Of a stretch of 64,000 nt of DNA, positions 1 through 8,442 are shown in pieces. Numbering within the stretch: position 1 is the stretch's first letter; each line of letters begins with the position of its first letter. Made by a program: the position numbers and the translations under genes. Under the pieces are notes generated by a model that saw only the letters and a program-made list of their open reading frames with translations, was not told where the DNA came from and did not search any database. Origin of the DNA: Acidimicrobiia bacterium (GTDB lineage Bacteria > Actinomycetota > Acidimicrobiia > Spongiisociales > UBA5794); the NCBI GenBank assembly GCA_965216945.1, contig CBDCGU010000003.1:2440382-2504381 (forward strand), read 5' to 3'.

Positions 1-391
1 CAGCGACCTCGTGTTGGGTGTGGTGGACCTCGCCGGCACGATGGACCAGCGCCTTCGCCATCACATCGGCCGCCTCCGCGGGCAGGCTGTCGAAGCGGAA
101 GGGTGTTCCGGCCGGCACGCCGTCTGCCAACTCATCGATGAGCCCGGCCGTGATCTCGCCGAGTGGCGAGTGGTAATCGGTGACGTCCTCGTGCCCGACG
201 AGATCGAGGGCGCCGCGATGGAGCCTGGCTGCGACGAGACCGCGGGAGTCGTCGGCGATGATCAGGCGATCCTCCGCCGGTGCAGCCGTCGACCACCATG
301 TCTCGAGAAAGGCTCGACCCGGAAAGGGCCCGGTGCGCCCGGCCACCGGCGGGAGGCCGAAGCTCGCACTGTCCCAGGCAGGATCGCTCAT
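1..391 (-). CDS. Partial CDS (N-terminal ~130 aa, runs off the left edge); uncharacterised, possibly GNAT/CelD-like acyltransferase
   Basis: Absent from the ORF track because no stop lies in the window. My reverse-strand translation from ATG 391..389 gives MSDPAWDSASFGLPPVAGRTGPFPGRAFLETWWSTAAPAEDRLIIADDSRGLVAARLH... with G/C-rich third positions. The ATG overlaps the TGA of the upstream gene (ATGA). The family guess is weak. Confidence 0.45.
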   Translation of the reverse strand, partial: MSDPAWDSASFGLPPVAGRTGPFPGRAFLETWWSTAAPAEDRLIIADDSRGLVAARLHRGALDLVGHEDVTDYHSPLGEITAGLIDELADGVPAGTPFRFDSLPAEAADVMAKALVHRAGEVHHTQHEVA

Positions 392-1329
392 TCTCGGGGT
401 GCCCCGGCGACCGGGAGCATGACGCCAACCCGGTTGCCGCCGCCGAGCACAGGCGGCCGCAGCTCGTCTTCGAGGGCTGCCAACGCCGCCGAGCTCAGCA
501 TGCCCATACGAGCGGCGACGTGGATCGTTGCCTGCACAGCCACTGCGATCGAGCCCTCGTGGCTCTTGGCGGCGATGCCGACGCCGTGACGGCCGACAGC
601 CATGACACCTTGGGCACCGCCCTTGGCCGGCCCACCCCACCACATGGCAAGCCGGCCGTCGGCACGATCGTTCCCCGATGTCAGCGCCGGGTAGCGGCTG
701 ATGGCGGTGCGGACGGCTGCAAACCGCTCTTCGATGCTGATGGCGGCGAAGGCGCGCGCCAGACCGCGAATCGAGCCTCGCATGGTCGGCGCACCACAAC
801 CGTCGACCCCCGTCGGTTCGCCGTCGACGCCCGTCAACTCGGAGGTCAGAGCGATGACACGCTGCTGGAGGGGATGGTCCGCGGAGAGGTAGCTCTCGAG
901 GGGCCAGCCTTGGGCAGCCGCAGCGGCGAGAAACCCGGCGTGCTTACCACTGCAGTTGTGAAAGATGCGCTTGCGTGCATGCCCCGCTCGCACTGCATGC
1001 ATACGGGCCCCGGCGCCGAGGGGAAGGTCGGGCGGGCAACGCAACGCAGACTCGTCGAGGCCGGCGCCGGCGAGCACCGACCGCACCAGGGCCAGGTGGG
1101 CCGGGGTGCCGCTGTGGCTGGAACACGCCACGGCCAGCTGCTCGGGTGCCAGCTCCGCCCCGCACTCGATGCTGATCGTCGCCTGGATCGACTTGATCGA
1201 CGACCGGTAGTACAGCGGGCGGTCCGGATCACCCCAGGTCTGCAAGGTCTTGTCCGCCGCGTCGATGACGACGGCGCTCCATGGGTGGGTCGACTCGACG
1301 AGGCCCGAACGAACGGTGACGGCTTCCAC
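388..1329 (-). CDS. Asparaginase family protein (L-asparaginase II type)
   Basis: 313-aa ORF with motifs recalled for the Rhizobium-type asparaginase family: SSIKSIQA, HNCSGKHAGFL, VDGCGAP. Confidence 0.85.
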   Translation of the reverse strand: MEAVTVRSGLVESTHPWSAVVIDAADKTLQTWGDPDRPLYYRSSIKSIQATISIECGAELAPEQLAVACSSHSGTPAHLALVRSVLAGAGLDESALRCPPDLPLGAGARMHAVRAGHARKRIFHNCSGKHAGFLAAAAAQGWPLESYLSADHPLQQRVIALTSELTGVDGEPTGVDGCGAPTMRGSIRGLARAFAAISIEERFAAVRTAISRYPALTSGNDRADGRLAMWWGGPAKGGAQGVMAVGRHGVGIAAKSHEGSIAVAVQATIHVAARMGMLSSAALAALEDELRPPVLGGGNRVGVMLPVAGAPRE

Positions 1330-1338
1330 GGCGGGCGA

Positions 1339-1875
1339 TCAATCCTGCAGCAGCTCGTCGATGGAGGTGAGTCCGAGCCGGTAGCGGCGGCTGATCTCGG
1401 CGCCGAGGGAGTCGTAGGCGTTCTGGGCTGCGGAGCGCAGTGCGGTGATCTCCGTCTCGGTGGCTCGCAGTGTCTCAAGCGCGTCAGTGAGTGCGTTGTC
1501 ATCGAGCTCGTCGATCCGAGCCGGGAAATCGTCGGCGAGGATCTGGTCGATGCGCCGCCGCCCCCGGTCCTCGTGGCCGGGTATTGCGGGAGTGATGCTC
1601 GTTGCCGCTCTGTGTCGGGCAGGAAGCTCGGCATCGGCCAGGATCTCGTCGAGGGCCTCGATCACGGAGCGGTCCTCTTCTCCCGCCCGGCGCCGCTGTT
1701 CGAACGCAACGATGTCGAGCCGGGCGTGGATGAGTCGGCGCTGGTAGGACAACTCGTTCTCGACTTCGCCCGAAACCGCTCGGCGGTGACGCAGCTCCAC
1801 GACCGAGAGGCTGTCGAGCTCGCTCAGGAAGTCAGGAGCGACCACCAGGTCGGTACGGCGCCGTCGGTCGCTCAC
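1339..1875 (-). CDS. RsiG-like coiled-coil protein (candidate c-di-GMP-dependent anti-sigma factor)
   Basis: 178 aa, helical. LSVVELRHRR..ENELSYQRRLIHARLD and ETEITALRSAAQNAYD each match 4 of 5 positions of the RsiG motif E(X)3S(X)2R(X)3Q(X)3D. Confidence 0.6.
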   Translation of the reverse strand: MSDRRRRTDLVVAPDFLSELDSLSVVELRHRRAVSGEVENELSYQRRLIHARLDIVAFEQRRRAGEEDRSVIEALDEILADAELPARHRAATSITPAIPGHEDRGRRRIDQILADDFPARIDELDDNALTDALETLRATETEITALRSAAQNAYDSLGAEISRRYRLGLTSIDELLQD

Positions 1876-1909
1876 CTGGGTGGCTCTTGCCGGTTGCCGT
1901 CGGTCAGGA

Positions 1910-2992
1910 TCAGCACGCCGCCCGCAGCGTCGGATACGGATTCACCGGAGCACCAAATCCCGGGTGGATCTGGAAGTGCAGGTGCGGCGAGGAACCGAGA
2001 GCGTTGCCCGTGTTGCCCACGAAGCCGATCACGGTGCCCGCACTCACGGACATCCCACTGCTGATGCCGGATGCGTAGCCGTCGAGGTGGGCGTAGTAGT
2101 AGCTGGCCGAGTTGGTGCGCAGGTACGCAACGATGCCGCCGAGGCTGTTCGTCTTGAGCGTCAGCGTTCCGTTGCCGACGGCGAGGACATTCGAGCCCCT
2201 CGGGGCGAACATGTCGGTGCCCTTGTGGGTTCTGCCCCCCGAACGCGGGAAACCCCAGTCATTGATGAAACGAGAGCCGGGCACCGGACAGACAAAGCCG
2301 GTGATGGCTCCGACACCGCCGGCGGCGCCCCGGCGCCTGGCCGCTTCTTCGAGCTCCTTGCGGCGTTGTTCTTCGGCGTAGGCCGCCCGGGCAGCCCGGG
2401 CCGCCTCGTCCTCCTTGGCGTACTCGGTGGCGGCGGCGCGCTGCAACTCATCGAGACGGTTGACGACGTCGGCTGCGGCCTCGCTCAGCTCCTCCACGCG
2501 GGCCTGATCCTGGCGGAGCTCTTCGCGGAGACGGTCCATCTCGCGGCGCACGACGTCGAGCCGGTCGAGCTCGATGAGATCGGCGTCGGTGGCTCGATCG
2601 ATGAGTACCTGGCTCGTCAGCAGATCCTGGATGTTGTCGGCTTCGAAGGCGACTTCGAACACGCCGGTGCCTGCCGACATGTAGGCCTCGGTCACCAGCT
2701 CCTTCGCCCGAGCGGTGAGCTCCTCCACCGACGTCTCATGGTCGGTGATACGCTCGACGATCACGCCGATGCGGTATTCGAGCTCCTCCAGCTCGCTGTT
2801 GATGAGGTGGTACTCGAGGAGGGCGGCATCGAGTTGCTCGTTCACGGCGACCAGGCGGTCATACGCCTCTTGGCGCGCCTGCTCGGCACGCTCGACGTCT
2901 GACTCCGTGGTGGCGCTCGCCGTGATCGGGCTCAGGCCGAGGAAGGCCAGAACCAGGATCAGGGGGAGCGCGCGAAAACGCATCGATCTCAT
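1910..2992 (-). CDS. Secreted M23 (LytM-type) metallopeptidase with N-terminal coiled coil
   Basis: Signal peptide MRSMRFRALPLILVLAFLGLSPITASA, a long heptad-like region, and a C-terminal M23 signature HKGTDMFAP...AHLDGY...GNTGNALGSSPHLHFQIH. Confidence 0.85.
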   Translation of the reverse strand: MRSMRFRALPLILVLAFLGLSPITASATTESDVERAEQARQEAYDRLVAVNEQLDAALLEYHLINSELEELEYRIGVIVERITDHETSVEELTARAKELVTEAYMSAGTGVFEVAFEADNIQDLLTSQVLIDRATDADLIELDRLDVVRREMDRLREELRQDQARVEELSEAAADVVNRLDELQRAAATEYAKEDEAARAARAAYAEEQRRKELEEAARRRGAAGGVGAITGFVCPVPGSRFINDWGFPRSGGRTHKGTDMFAPRGSNVLAVGNGTLTLKTNSLGGIVAYLRTNSASYYYAHLDGYASGISSGMSVSAGTVIGFVGNTGNALGSSPHLHFQIHPGFGAPVNPYPTLRAAC

Positions 2993-3155
2993 TGGTCGAA
3001 CAGAATACCAACAAGTTGCCCGCTTGCGGTCAAAACGGCGATTTCGCCCGAGGCGGGGCTCGGGGAGTTGGGAATGTCCGGCTGTGCGGGCTGGGCCCCC
3101 TCGAGCCCCCCGTCGGCCTCGTTTTGCATCGGCCGAGCGTCAGCTCGGGATGGAA

Positions 3156-4142
3156 TCAGCCAAACAGGCGGAGCCCTACCCAGAAGGCTGCGGCGGCGAG
3201 GACGACGCCGTCGATCGCAGTGAGCAGGCCCGGGCCGCGGGTCGTGTGCGCCACATCGCCGCTGCGCAGCATCGATCCGATCACGCGACCGGCGAACCAT
3301 CCGGCCACCGCAGCGGCGCCCGCGACGAGTGCCACGGCCGGTGACATGGATTCGGCGGTGAATCCGACGACGAGCGCCCCGATGAGTACGCCGATGGCGG
3401 CGGCGAGGTTGGGATCGACACCTGCGAGGTTGGGGAGGAAACGGCGCACCAGCCAGGCGGCGACGGCACCGAAGACCATGATGACGAGGAAGGCGGTGAC
3501 GTTCACATCGGAGTCGAGGCGGGCCAGCACGAGGCCGCCGGTTCCGGCGCCCGCCGTCATCGCGGCCAGCACCGTCGGAGCCATGACCCTGAGGTCACGG
3601 CTGCCCTGGTCGAACAGCGGCCAGGTCAGGACCACCATCAGCCCGAGCGCCATCCCCGCGGCGAAACCCACCGTTCCCCAGTGGTAGGTGGCGGTTCCCA
3701 CGGCCGTGGCCGCCACGAAGGCCGGGATGGCAGCGATGAGGGCGCGACGCTCCGCCATGGTGTCGTTGATGTCCCACAGCCACGCCAGAGCACCGCCGAC
3801 CGCGGCGAAGGTGAGGGCCTCGATCGAGATCACGTTGGCGATGAGGAATGTTGCCAGGAGGATCAGCCCCAGCAACGCCGGCGTTGCCTCCTCGGTGAGG
3901 GTCTGGGATCCGCCCGATACCGGTGGGATCAGCGCCACCTCGTCCCCGGGCCCCACCGGGGTGCTCCGGTCCGCGCTGTCGCCGTTGACCCAGATGTTGG
4001 CCACATCGAGGCCGGCGGCGAACGTCTCCCCATATTTCGCCGAGGCGGCGTCGAGTACTTCACCGACAGTGGAGCCATCGACTTCGGCGCGTCCGGTGCC
4101 GGCGGCCTCGCGCAGGTTCGCAAACAATCGGAGTTTGGCCAT
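3156..4142 (-). CDS. MoaD/ThiS-like ubiquitin-fold domain fused to a polytopic membrane domain
   Basis: From ATG 4142: MAKLRLFANLREAAGTGRAEV...GPGDEVALIPPVSGG, which matches the MoaD C-terminus GDEVAffPPVtGG. It continues without a stop (GGC GGA TCC CAG...) into ~250 aa with about 7 hydrophobic helices. The ORF track start at 4349 is probably too far upstream. Confidence 0.6.
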   Translation of the reverse strand: MAKLRLFANLREAAGTGRAEVDGSTVGEVLDAASAKYGETFAAGLDVANIWVNGDSADRSTPVGPGDEVALIPPVSGGSQTLTEEATPALLGLILLATFLIANVISIEALTFAAVGGALAWLWDINDTMAERRALIAAIPAFVAATAVGTATYHWGTVGFAAGMALGLMVVLTWPLFDQGSRDLRVMAPTVLAAMTAGAGTGGLVLARLDSDVNVTAFLVIMVFGAVAAWLVRRFLPNLAGVDPNLAAAIGVLIGALVVGFTAESMSPAVALVAGAAAVAGWFAGRVIGSMLRSGDVAHTTRGPGLLTAIDGVVLAAAAFWVGLRLFG

Positions 4143-4217
4143 CGGCCTCGGAGAGTAGTGGGTCGCAGTCGCACCGCCCTCCATCGTCACGACCGCCGGT
4201 CTCGTAGGATTCTGACC

Positions 4218-5171
4218 ATGGAGTTGCTCATCGACGCACGCCGCACGCTGCTCGGCGGTCTCATCGATTATGCCGGCCTCTTTCCGCCGGCATCGCTGGA
4301 CCTGAGCGGTGCGGTCGCCGAATACCGCACGGCACGACGCGGACCCCATGCGTGGATGCTGGGGCGTTTTCTCTGCCCGACGTCGGTGATCGAGGACCTG
4401 GCCGCAATCCTGTCACAGACGATGAAGGCAGGCGAGCAGCCGTGGTCCGTCGGGGCGATCTTCGACGAGCCGCCCGGAACGGCCGCGTTGCATGCCGGCG
4501 TCTTCGACAAGCACATGGATCCGGCGGCGCGGGTGACGGCAGTCGAGCTGCGCACGCCGCCCGCGGCAGCCGACGGCCGCCCGGCGCCGGCTGCGGCCGA
4601 TGTGCTGCGTCCCGCCGCCACTGCGGTTTCCTCCGTGGGACCCGAGGTATATGGGTTCCTCGAGGTGTCACGCACCGACGCCTGGGCGAGCGGTATCCCC
4701 GCTGTGGTCGACGGGATCGGCCGGCTGCGGACCGAGTTGCTTCTACCTCTCGGCGCCAAGCTGCGTACCGGTGGGCTGGATGCGCAGGCGTTCCCCACGC
4801 CCGAGCAGGTGGCCGCCTTCGTCATCGCCTGCCACCGCTCGGGTGTGCCGTTCAAGGCGACAGCGGGTTTGCACCATCCCGTGCGCCACTACGACCCGGC
4901 GATCGACGTGATGCGTCACGGGTTCCTCAATCTGCTCGTTGCCGCCGGCCTTGCCGCCGAGGGCGAGGACGTTGCGGTTGTCACCGACGCCATCGCCGAC
5001 GATGATCCAAAGGGGTTCGCCGCCGGGCCCGCCGGGCTGCGGTGGCGCAACCGTCGCATCGGTGCGGCCACGCTGCGCACGATGCGCCACGACATGTTTC
5101 CGGGCTACGGGAGTTGCAGCTTCGAAGAGCCCGTCGACGATCTTCTCGCCATGGGGATCCTCGAACGATGA
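4218..5171 (+). CDS. Conserved hypothetical protein, enzyme-like
   Basis: In-frame ATG at 4218 inside ORF 3681..5171: MELLIDARRTLLGGLIDYAGLFPPASL...FKATAGLHHPVRH...HGFLN...GSCSFEEP. GC3-biased. No family recognised. Confidence 0.6.
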   Translation: MELLIDARRTLLGGLIDYAGLFPPASLDLSGAVAEYRTARRGPHAWMLGRFLCPTSVIEDLAAILSQTMKAGEQPWSVGAIFDEPPGTAALHAGVFDKHMDPAARVTAVELRTPPAAADGRPAPAAADVLRPAATAVSSVGPEVYGFLEVSRTDAWASGIPAVVDGIGRLRTELLLPLGAKLRTGGLDAQAFPTPEQVAAFVIACHRSGVPFKATAGLHHPVRHYDPAIDVMRHGFLNLLVAAGLAAEGEDVAVVTDAIADDDPKGFAAGPAGLRWRNRRIGAATLRTMRHDMFPGYGSCSFEEPVDDLLAMGILER

Positions 5172-5229
5172 GACCGGACGGCCAGACGACTGCGCACCGC
5201 TCCATCGCGGTGACAAGAGGAGGGAAGAC

Positions 5230-6336
5230 ATGAACGACGCTGTCGAGGCCCACAAGAACGACTTCCCGATCGAGGGATTCCACCACGTCGAGTTTTGGGT
5301 GGGTAACGCCTACCAAGCGGCTCACTACTACCGGGCCATCCACGGCTACCGCATCGTCGGCTACCGGGGACCCGAGACCGGGGTGCGGGACACGGCGTCC
5401 TATGCGCTCGAACAGGGTGACGTGCGTTTCATCTTCACGGGTGCGATGGCGCCGGAGCATCCGCTGGCGGACCATCTCAAACTCCACGGCCCAGGTGTTC
5501 GCGACGTGGCCATCCAGGTGCCCGACGCAGAGCGTGCCTTCGAACTGGCGCGGGAACGTGGGGCACAGGGAGTGCATCCCCCCACGGTCGTCGAGGGGGA
5601 TCGCGGCAAGTGGAAGGCTGCTGCCATCGAGGCCTACGGCGATACGATCCACTCGCTGGTCGAGAACCCCGACATCACATGGCCACCGCCCGACTTCCGT
5701 CTCCGCGGCGACACCATCGCCGTACCCATCGGGTTCAAGAGCATCGATCACGTCGTCGCCAACGTGGAGCTCGGTGCGATGGACGAGTGGGTGGAGTTCT
5801 ACGAGCGCGTGTTCGGGTTCGTGCTGCTGCGTCACTTCGACGACGAGGCAATTTCCACCGAGTACTCGGCATTGATGTCGAAGGTCGTGTGGGACGGCTC
5901 GGGCGTGATTCGGCTCCCCATCAACGAGCCGGCGACGGGGCGCCGCAGGTCGCAGATCGAGGAGTATCTCGATTTCTACCGTGGTTCGGGCGTGCAGCAC
6001 ATCGCGATCGCGACCGACGACCTCGTGCACACCGTCACCGAGGCGCGGAAGCGGGGTATGGGCTTGATGCGAGTGCCGGACACGTATTACGACGACGTGA
6101 CAGAGCGGGTTCCGGACCTCGATGCCGATGTCGATGTGCTGCGGCGCTTGAACATCCTCGTCGACCAGGACGAAGGCGGCCATCTGCTCCAGATCTTCAC
6201 CAGGATGATGCAGGACCGACCCACCGTGTTCTTCGAGTTCATCGAGCGGCGGGGCGCCCTCGGGTTCGGTGAAGGCAACTTCAAAGCGCTGTTCGAGGCC
6301 ATCGAGCGCGACCAGGCAGAGCGCGGCAACCTGTAG
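5230..6336 (+). CDS. hppD: 4-hydroxyphenylpyruvate dioxygenase
   Basis: MNDAVEAHKNDFPIEGFHHVEFWVGNAYQAAHYY...GVQHIAIATDD...LLQIFT...FFEFIERRG...GFGEGNFKALFEAIE are hallmark HPPD motifs. AGGAGGGAAG lies upstream of ATG 5230. Confidence 0.9.
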   Translation: MNDAVEAHKNDFPIEGFHHVEFWVGNAYQAAHYYRAIHGYRIVGYRGPETGVRDTASYALEQGDVRFIFTGAMAPEHPLADHLKLHGPGVRDVAIQVPDAERAFELARERGAQGVHPPTVVEGDRGKWKAAAIEAYGDTIHSLVENPDITWPPPDFRLRGDTIAVPIGFKSIDHVVANVELGAMDEWVEFYERVFGFVLLRHFDDEAISTEYSALMSKVVWDGSGVIRLPINEPATGRRRSQIEEYLDFYRGSGVQHIAIATDDLVHTVTEARKRGMGLMRVPDTYYDDVTERVPDLDADVDVLRRLNILVDQDEGGHLLQIFTRMMQDRPTVFFEFIERRGALGFGEGNFKALFEAIERDQAERGNL

Positions 6337-6381
6337 GCGCCGCACACGTCCCGCCCGGGGCGGTAGCCTCCCCGGCGGGAG

Positions 6382-7365
6382 GTGGCTGTGGCCAGCGTGC
6401 TTGGACTCGGCGGGTATGTGCCCGAGCGGGTGATGACAAACGAGGATTGGGCAGCGCTCGTCGACACGACGGACGAGTGGATCACCACGCGCACCGGGAT
6501 CAAGCGGCGTCGATTCGCCGCAGACGACCAATCGACCCTCGACCTGGCGGCACTCGCTGCGGAGCGAGCTCTCGAAGACGCCGGGCTGCGCGGCGACGAG
6601 GTTGATGAGATCATCGTCGCCACCGACACGCCGGAGCTGTACACGCCGGACACGGCATCGTTGCTCCAGCATCGACTCGGGGCCGGTCCGGTGCCGACCT
6701 ACGACCTGGGTGGAAGCGGATGTGCCGGATTCGTGCAAGCCCTCGACGTGGCACGCTCGCGCATCCACATGCAGCCCAAACGGGTGCTGGTGGTGGGTGT
6801 CGAGCTGATCTCCCGCCTGATCTCGTGGAAGGACCGCGCAACGGCGGTCCTCTTCGGCGATGGCGCCGGGGCCATGGTGCTCGGCGCCGATGGCGGAGTG
6901 GGGCGACTCCTCGACGTGAGAACCGGGACCGACGGAAGCAAGGCTGGCATTCTCACGCTCAGCACCGGCGGCACACGCAACCCGTTCACCGCCGAAGCCG
7001 CTGCCGCCGGAGAGCACCAGCGACTCACGATGGAAGGTCGCGAGGTGTTCCGCGAGGCGGTGACGCGGATGACCAGTGTCGTGGGTGAGCTCCTCGCCGC
7101 ACTCGGCAAGACCGTTGCGGATGTGGCGCTGGTCGTGCCCCACCAGGCCAACAAGCGGATCATCGACGCTGTGAGGCAGCGATTGGGCGCCACCGAGGAA
7201 CAGGTATACGTCAACGTCCACGAATACGGCAACACCGGTTCGGCATCTGTGCCGTTCGCCCTCTGGGAAGCTCACCGTGGGGGGAAGATCGCCTCCGGCG
7301 ACCTGGTCGTGCTCACCGCCTTCGGCGCCGGATTCCACTGGGCAGCCGCGGCGATCGAGTTCTGA
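6382..7365 (+). CDS. fabH: Beta-ketoacyl-ACP synthase III
   Basis: 327 aa with TSDEWI-type TTDEWITTRTGIKRRR, active-site context GSGCAGF, HQANKRII and GNTGSASVP, typical of KAS III. Confidence 0.85.
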   Translation: MAVASVLGLGGYVPERVMTNEDWAALVDTTDEWITTRTGIKRRRFAADDQSTLDLAALAAERALEDAGLRGDEVDEIIVATDTPELYTPDTASLLQHRLGAGPVPTYDLGGSGCAGFVQALDVARSRIHMQPKRVLVVGVELISRLISWKDRATAVLFGDGAGAMVLGADGGVGRLLDVRTGTDGSKAGILTLSTGGTRNPFTAEAAAAGEHQRLTMEGREVFREAVTRMTSVVGELLAALGKTVADVALVVPHQANKRIIDAVRQRLGATEEQVYVNVHEYGNTGSASVPFALWEAHRGGKIASGDLVVLTAFGAGFHWAAAAIEF

Positions 7366-7903
7366 GACCTGGCACGGCGGCAGGCTTCGGGTGGCTCGAC
7401 GTTCGCACCGAGAGCTGGCGCTCGCTCGTCAGGACGGTTGTGTGGCCGTGGGGGATGCGGGTGCGCTCTCAGGAAGCGAGACCGAGGGGGATGCGGAGGT
7501 CCCCCCCGGATGTTGCTTTCCTCGGTTGGCCCGCCTGCTGGCAAAGAACTATCCGTCGCGGGTGCGTCCGATCGTGGCGGCGACCGCTGAACCGCTCACG
7601 CCGGCAGCAGGTACGCCGGGACGTTGAGCTGGGGAGGAGGAGAGGGGCGCTTGTTCGGGCATCACCAAAGATGTGCGGTGCGCAGTCCCGCCTGCGGCGG
7701 GCGAGTGGCGCGGTGTCGGGTGCGCACCGTTGGTGATGTCGGCCATGCACAGACCGTAGGTGGCACGCGGCGAATTGGCGATGGGTCGACCGGGCCATAG
7801 AGCGCGCTGGCCAAGGCGTCTCGTTCCCGGCCTTTGCCACGGGTGAGACCGAGCCCCGATGCGGTGCGGAGGGAAGCTCCTGTCGTCCCGGTGTGGTCGG
7901 GCC

Positions 7904-8413
7904 TCAGTCGGGTGTGTAGCCCGTCGCTCCGTCCAGCTGCTCGCGCAGGATGTCCATGTGTCCGAGGTGGCGAGCGGTCTCGGCGATCATGTGGCCGAGG
8001 ACGAATCGAAGAGAGACCGGATTCTCGGCGGAACCCCCGACCGCACCGAGATCCATGCCGGCGATCACGGCTCTCGACTCGGCGACTGCCTCGAGATAGA
8101 GAGCGGACACACTGGCAACGGTGTCCGAGTGATCGATGTTCCAGTCCGCGTCGGGATCCTGCGCAGTCCACGGATAAGGCACGTCGATGTCGCCCATGTC
8201 GCCGGCGAAGAACGAGCGCTCCACCCAGGCGAGGTGCTTGACGATCCCCAGGAGAGTCGTTCCAGACGCCACGGTCGACGATCGCGCCAGGTCGTCCGCG
8301 ATGCCATCGAGCTTCCACAGCACGAGCGCACGCTGCTCGTCCAGCAACCCGAGCAGCGTCTCGGACTCGTCTGCGGTACGCGGCACGTCGGGCATCGACA
8401 TCATCGTGCCCAA
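7904..8413 (-). CDS. DinB-family (DUF664 / mycothiol-transferase-like) protein
   Basis: LLDEQRALVLWKLDGI...GIVKHLAWVERSFF...ETARHLGHMDILREQLDG fits the DinB four-helix signature. The track start at 8413 is TTG; ATG codons at 8404 and 8401 are alternatives. Confidence 0.8.
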   Translation of the reverse strand: MGTMMSMPDVPRTADESETLLGLLDEQRALVLWKLDGIADDLARSSTVASGTTLLGIVKHLAWVERSFFAGDMGDIDVPYPWTAQDPDADWNIDHSDTVASVSALYLEAVAESRAVIAGMDLGAVGGSAENPVSLRFVLGHMIAETARHLGHMDILREQLDGATGYTPD

Positions 8414-8442
8414 ACGTACCCTCCGTGGCCTATCGTCGCGCG

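Noticed and set aside
4981-7338. 785-aa ORF on the minus strand
   Set aside because: It is antisense to the well-supported hppD and fabH genes. The translation is Arg/Gly/His-rich with no motif. This is a typical high-GC shadow ORF.
7366-7903. Identification of the non-coding gap as RNase P RNA, tmRNA, SRP RNA or 6C RNA
   Set aside because: There is no GAGGAAAGUCCGG (only GAGGAAAGCAAC on the minus strand), no tRNA-like GGUUCGA end, no SRP GGAAGCAGCC-type motif, and only one C-run. It is kept only as an unexplained region.
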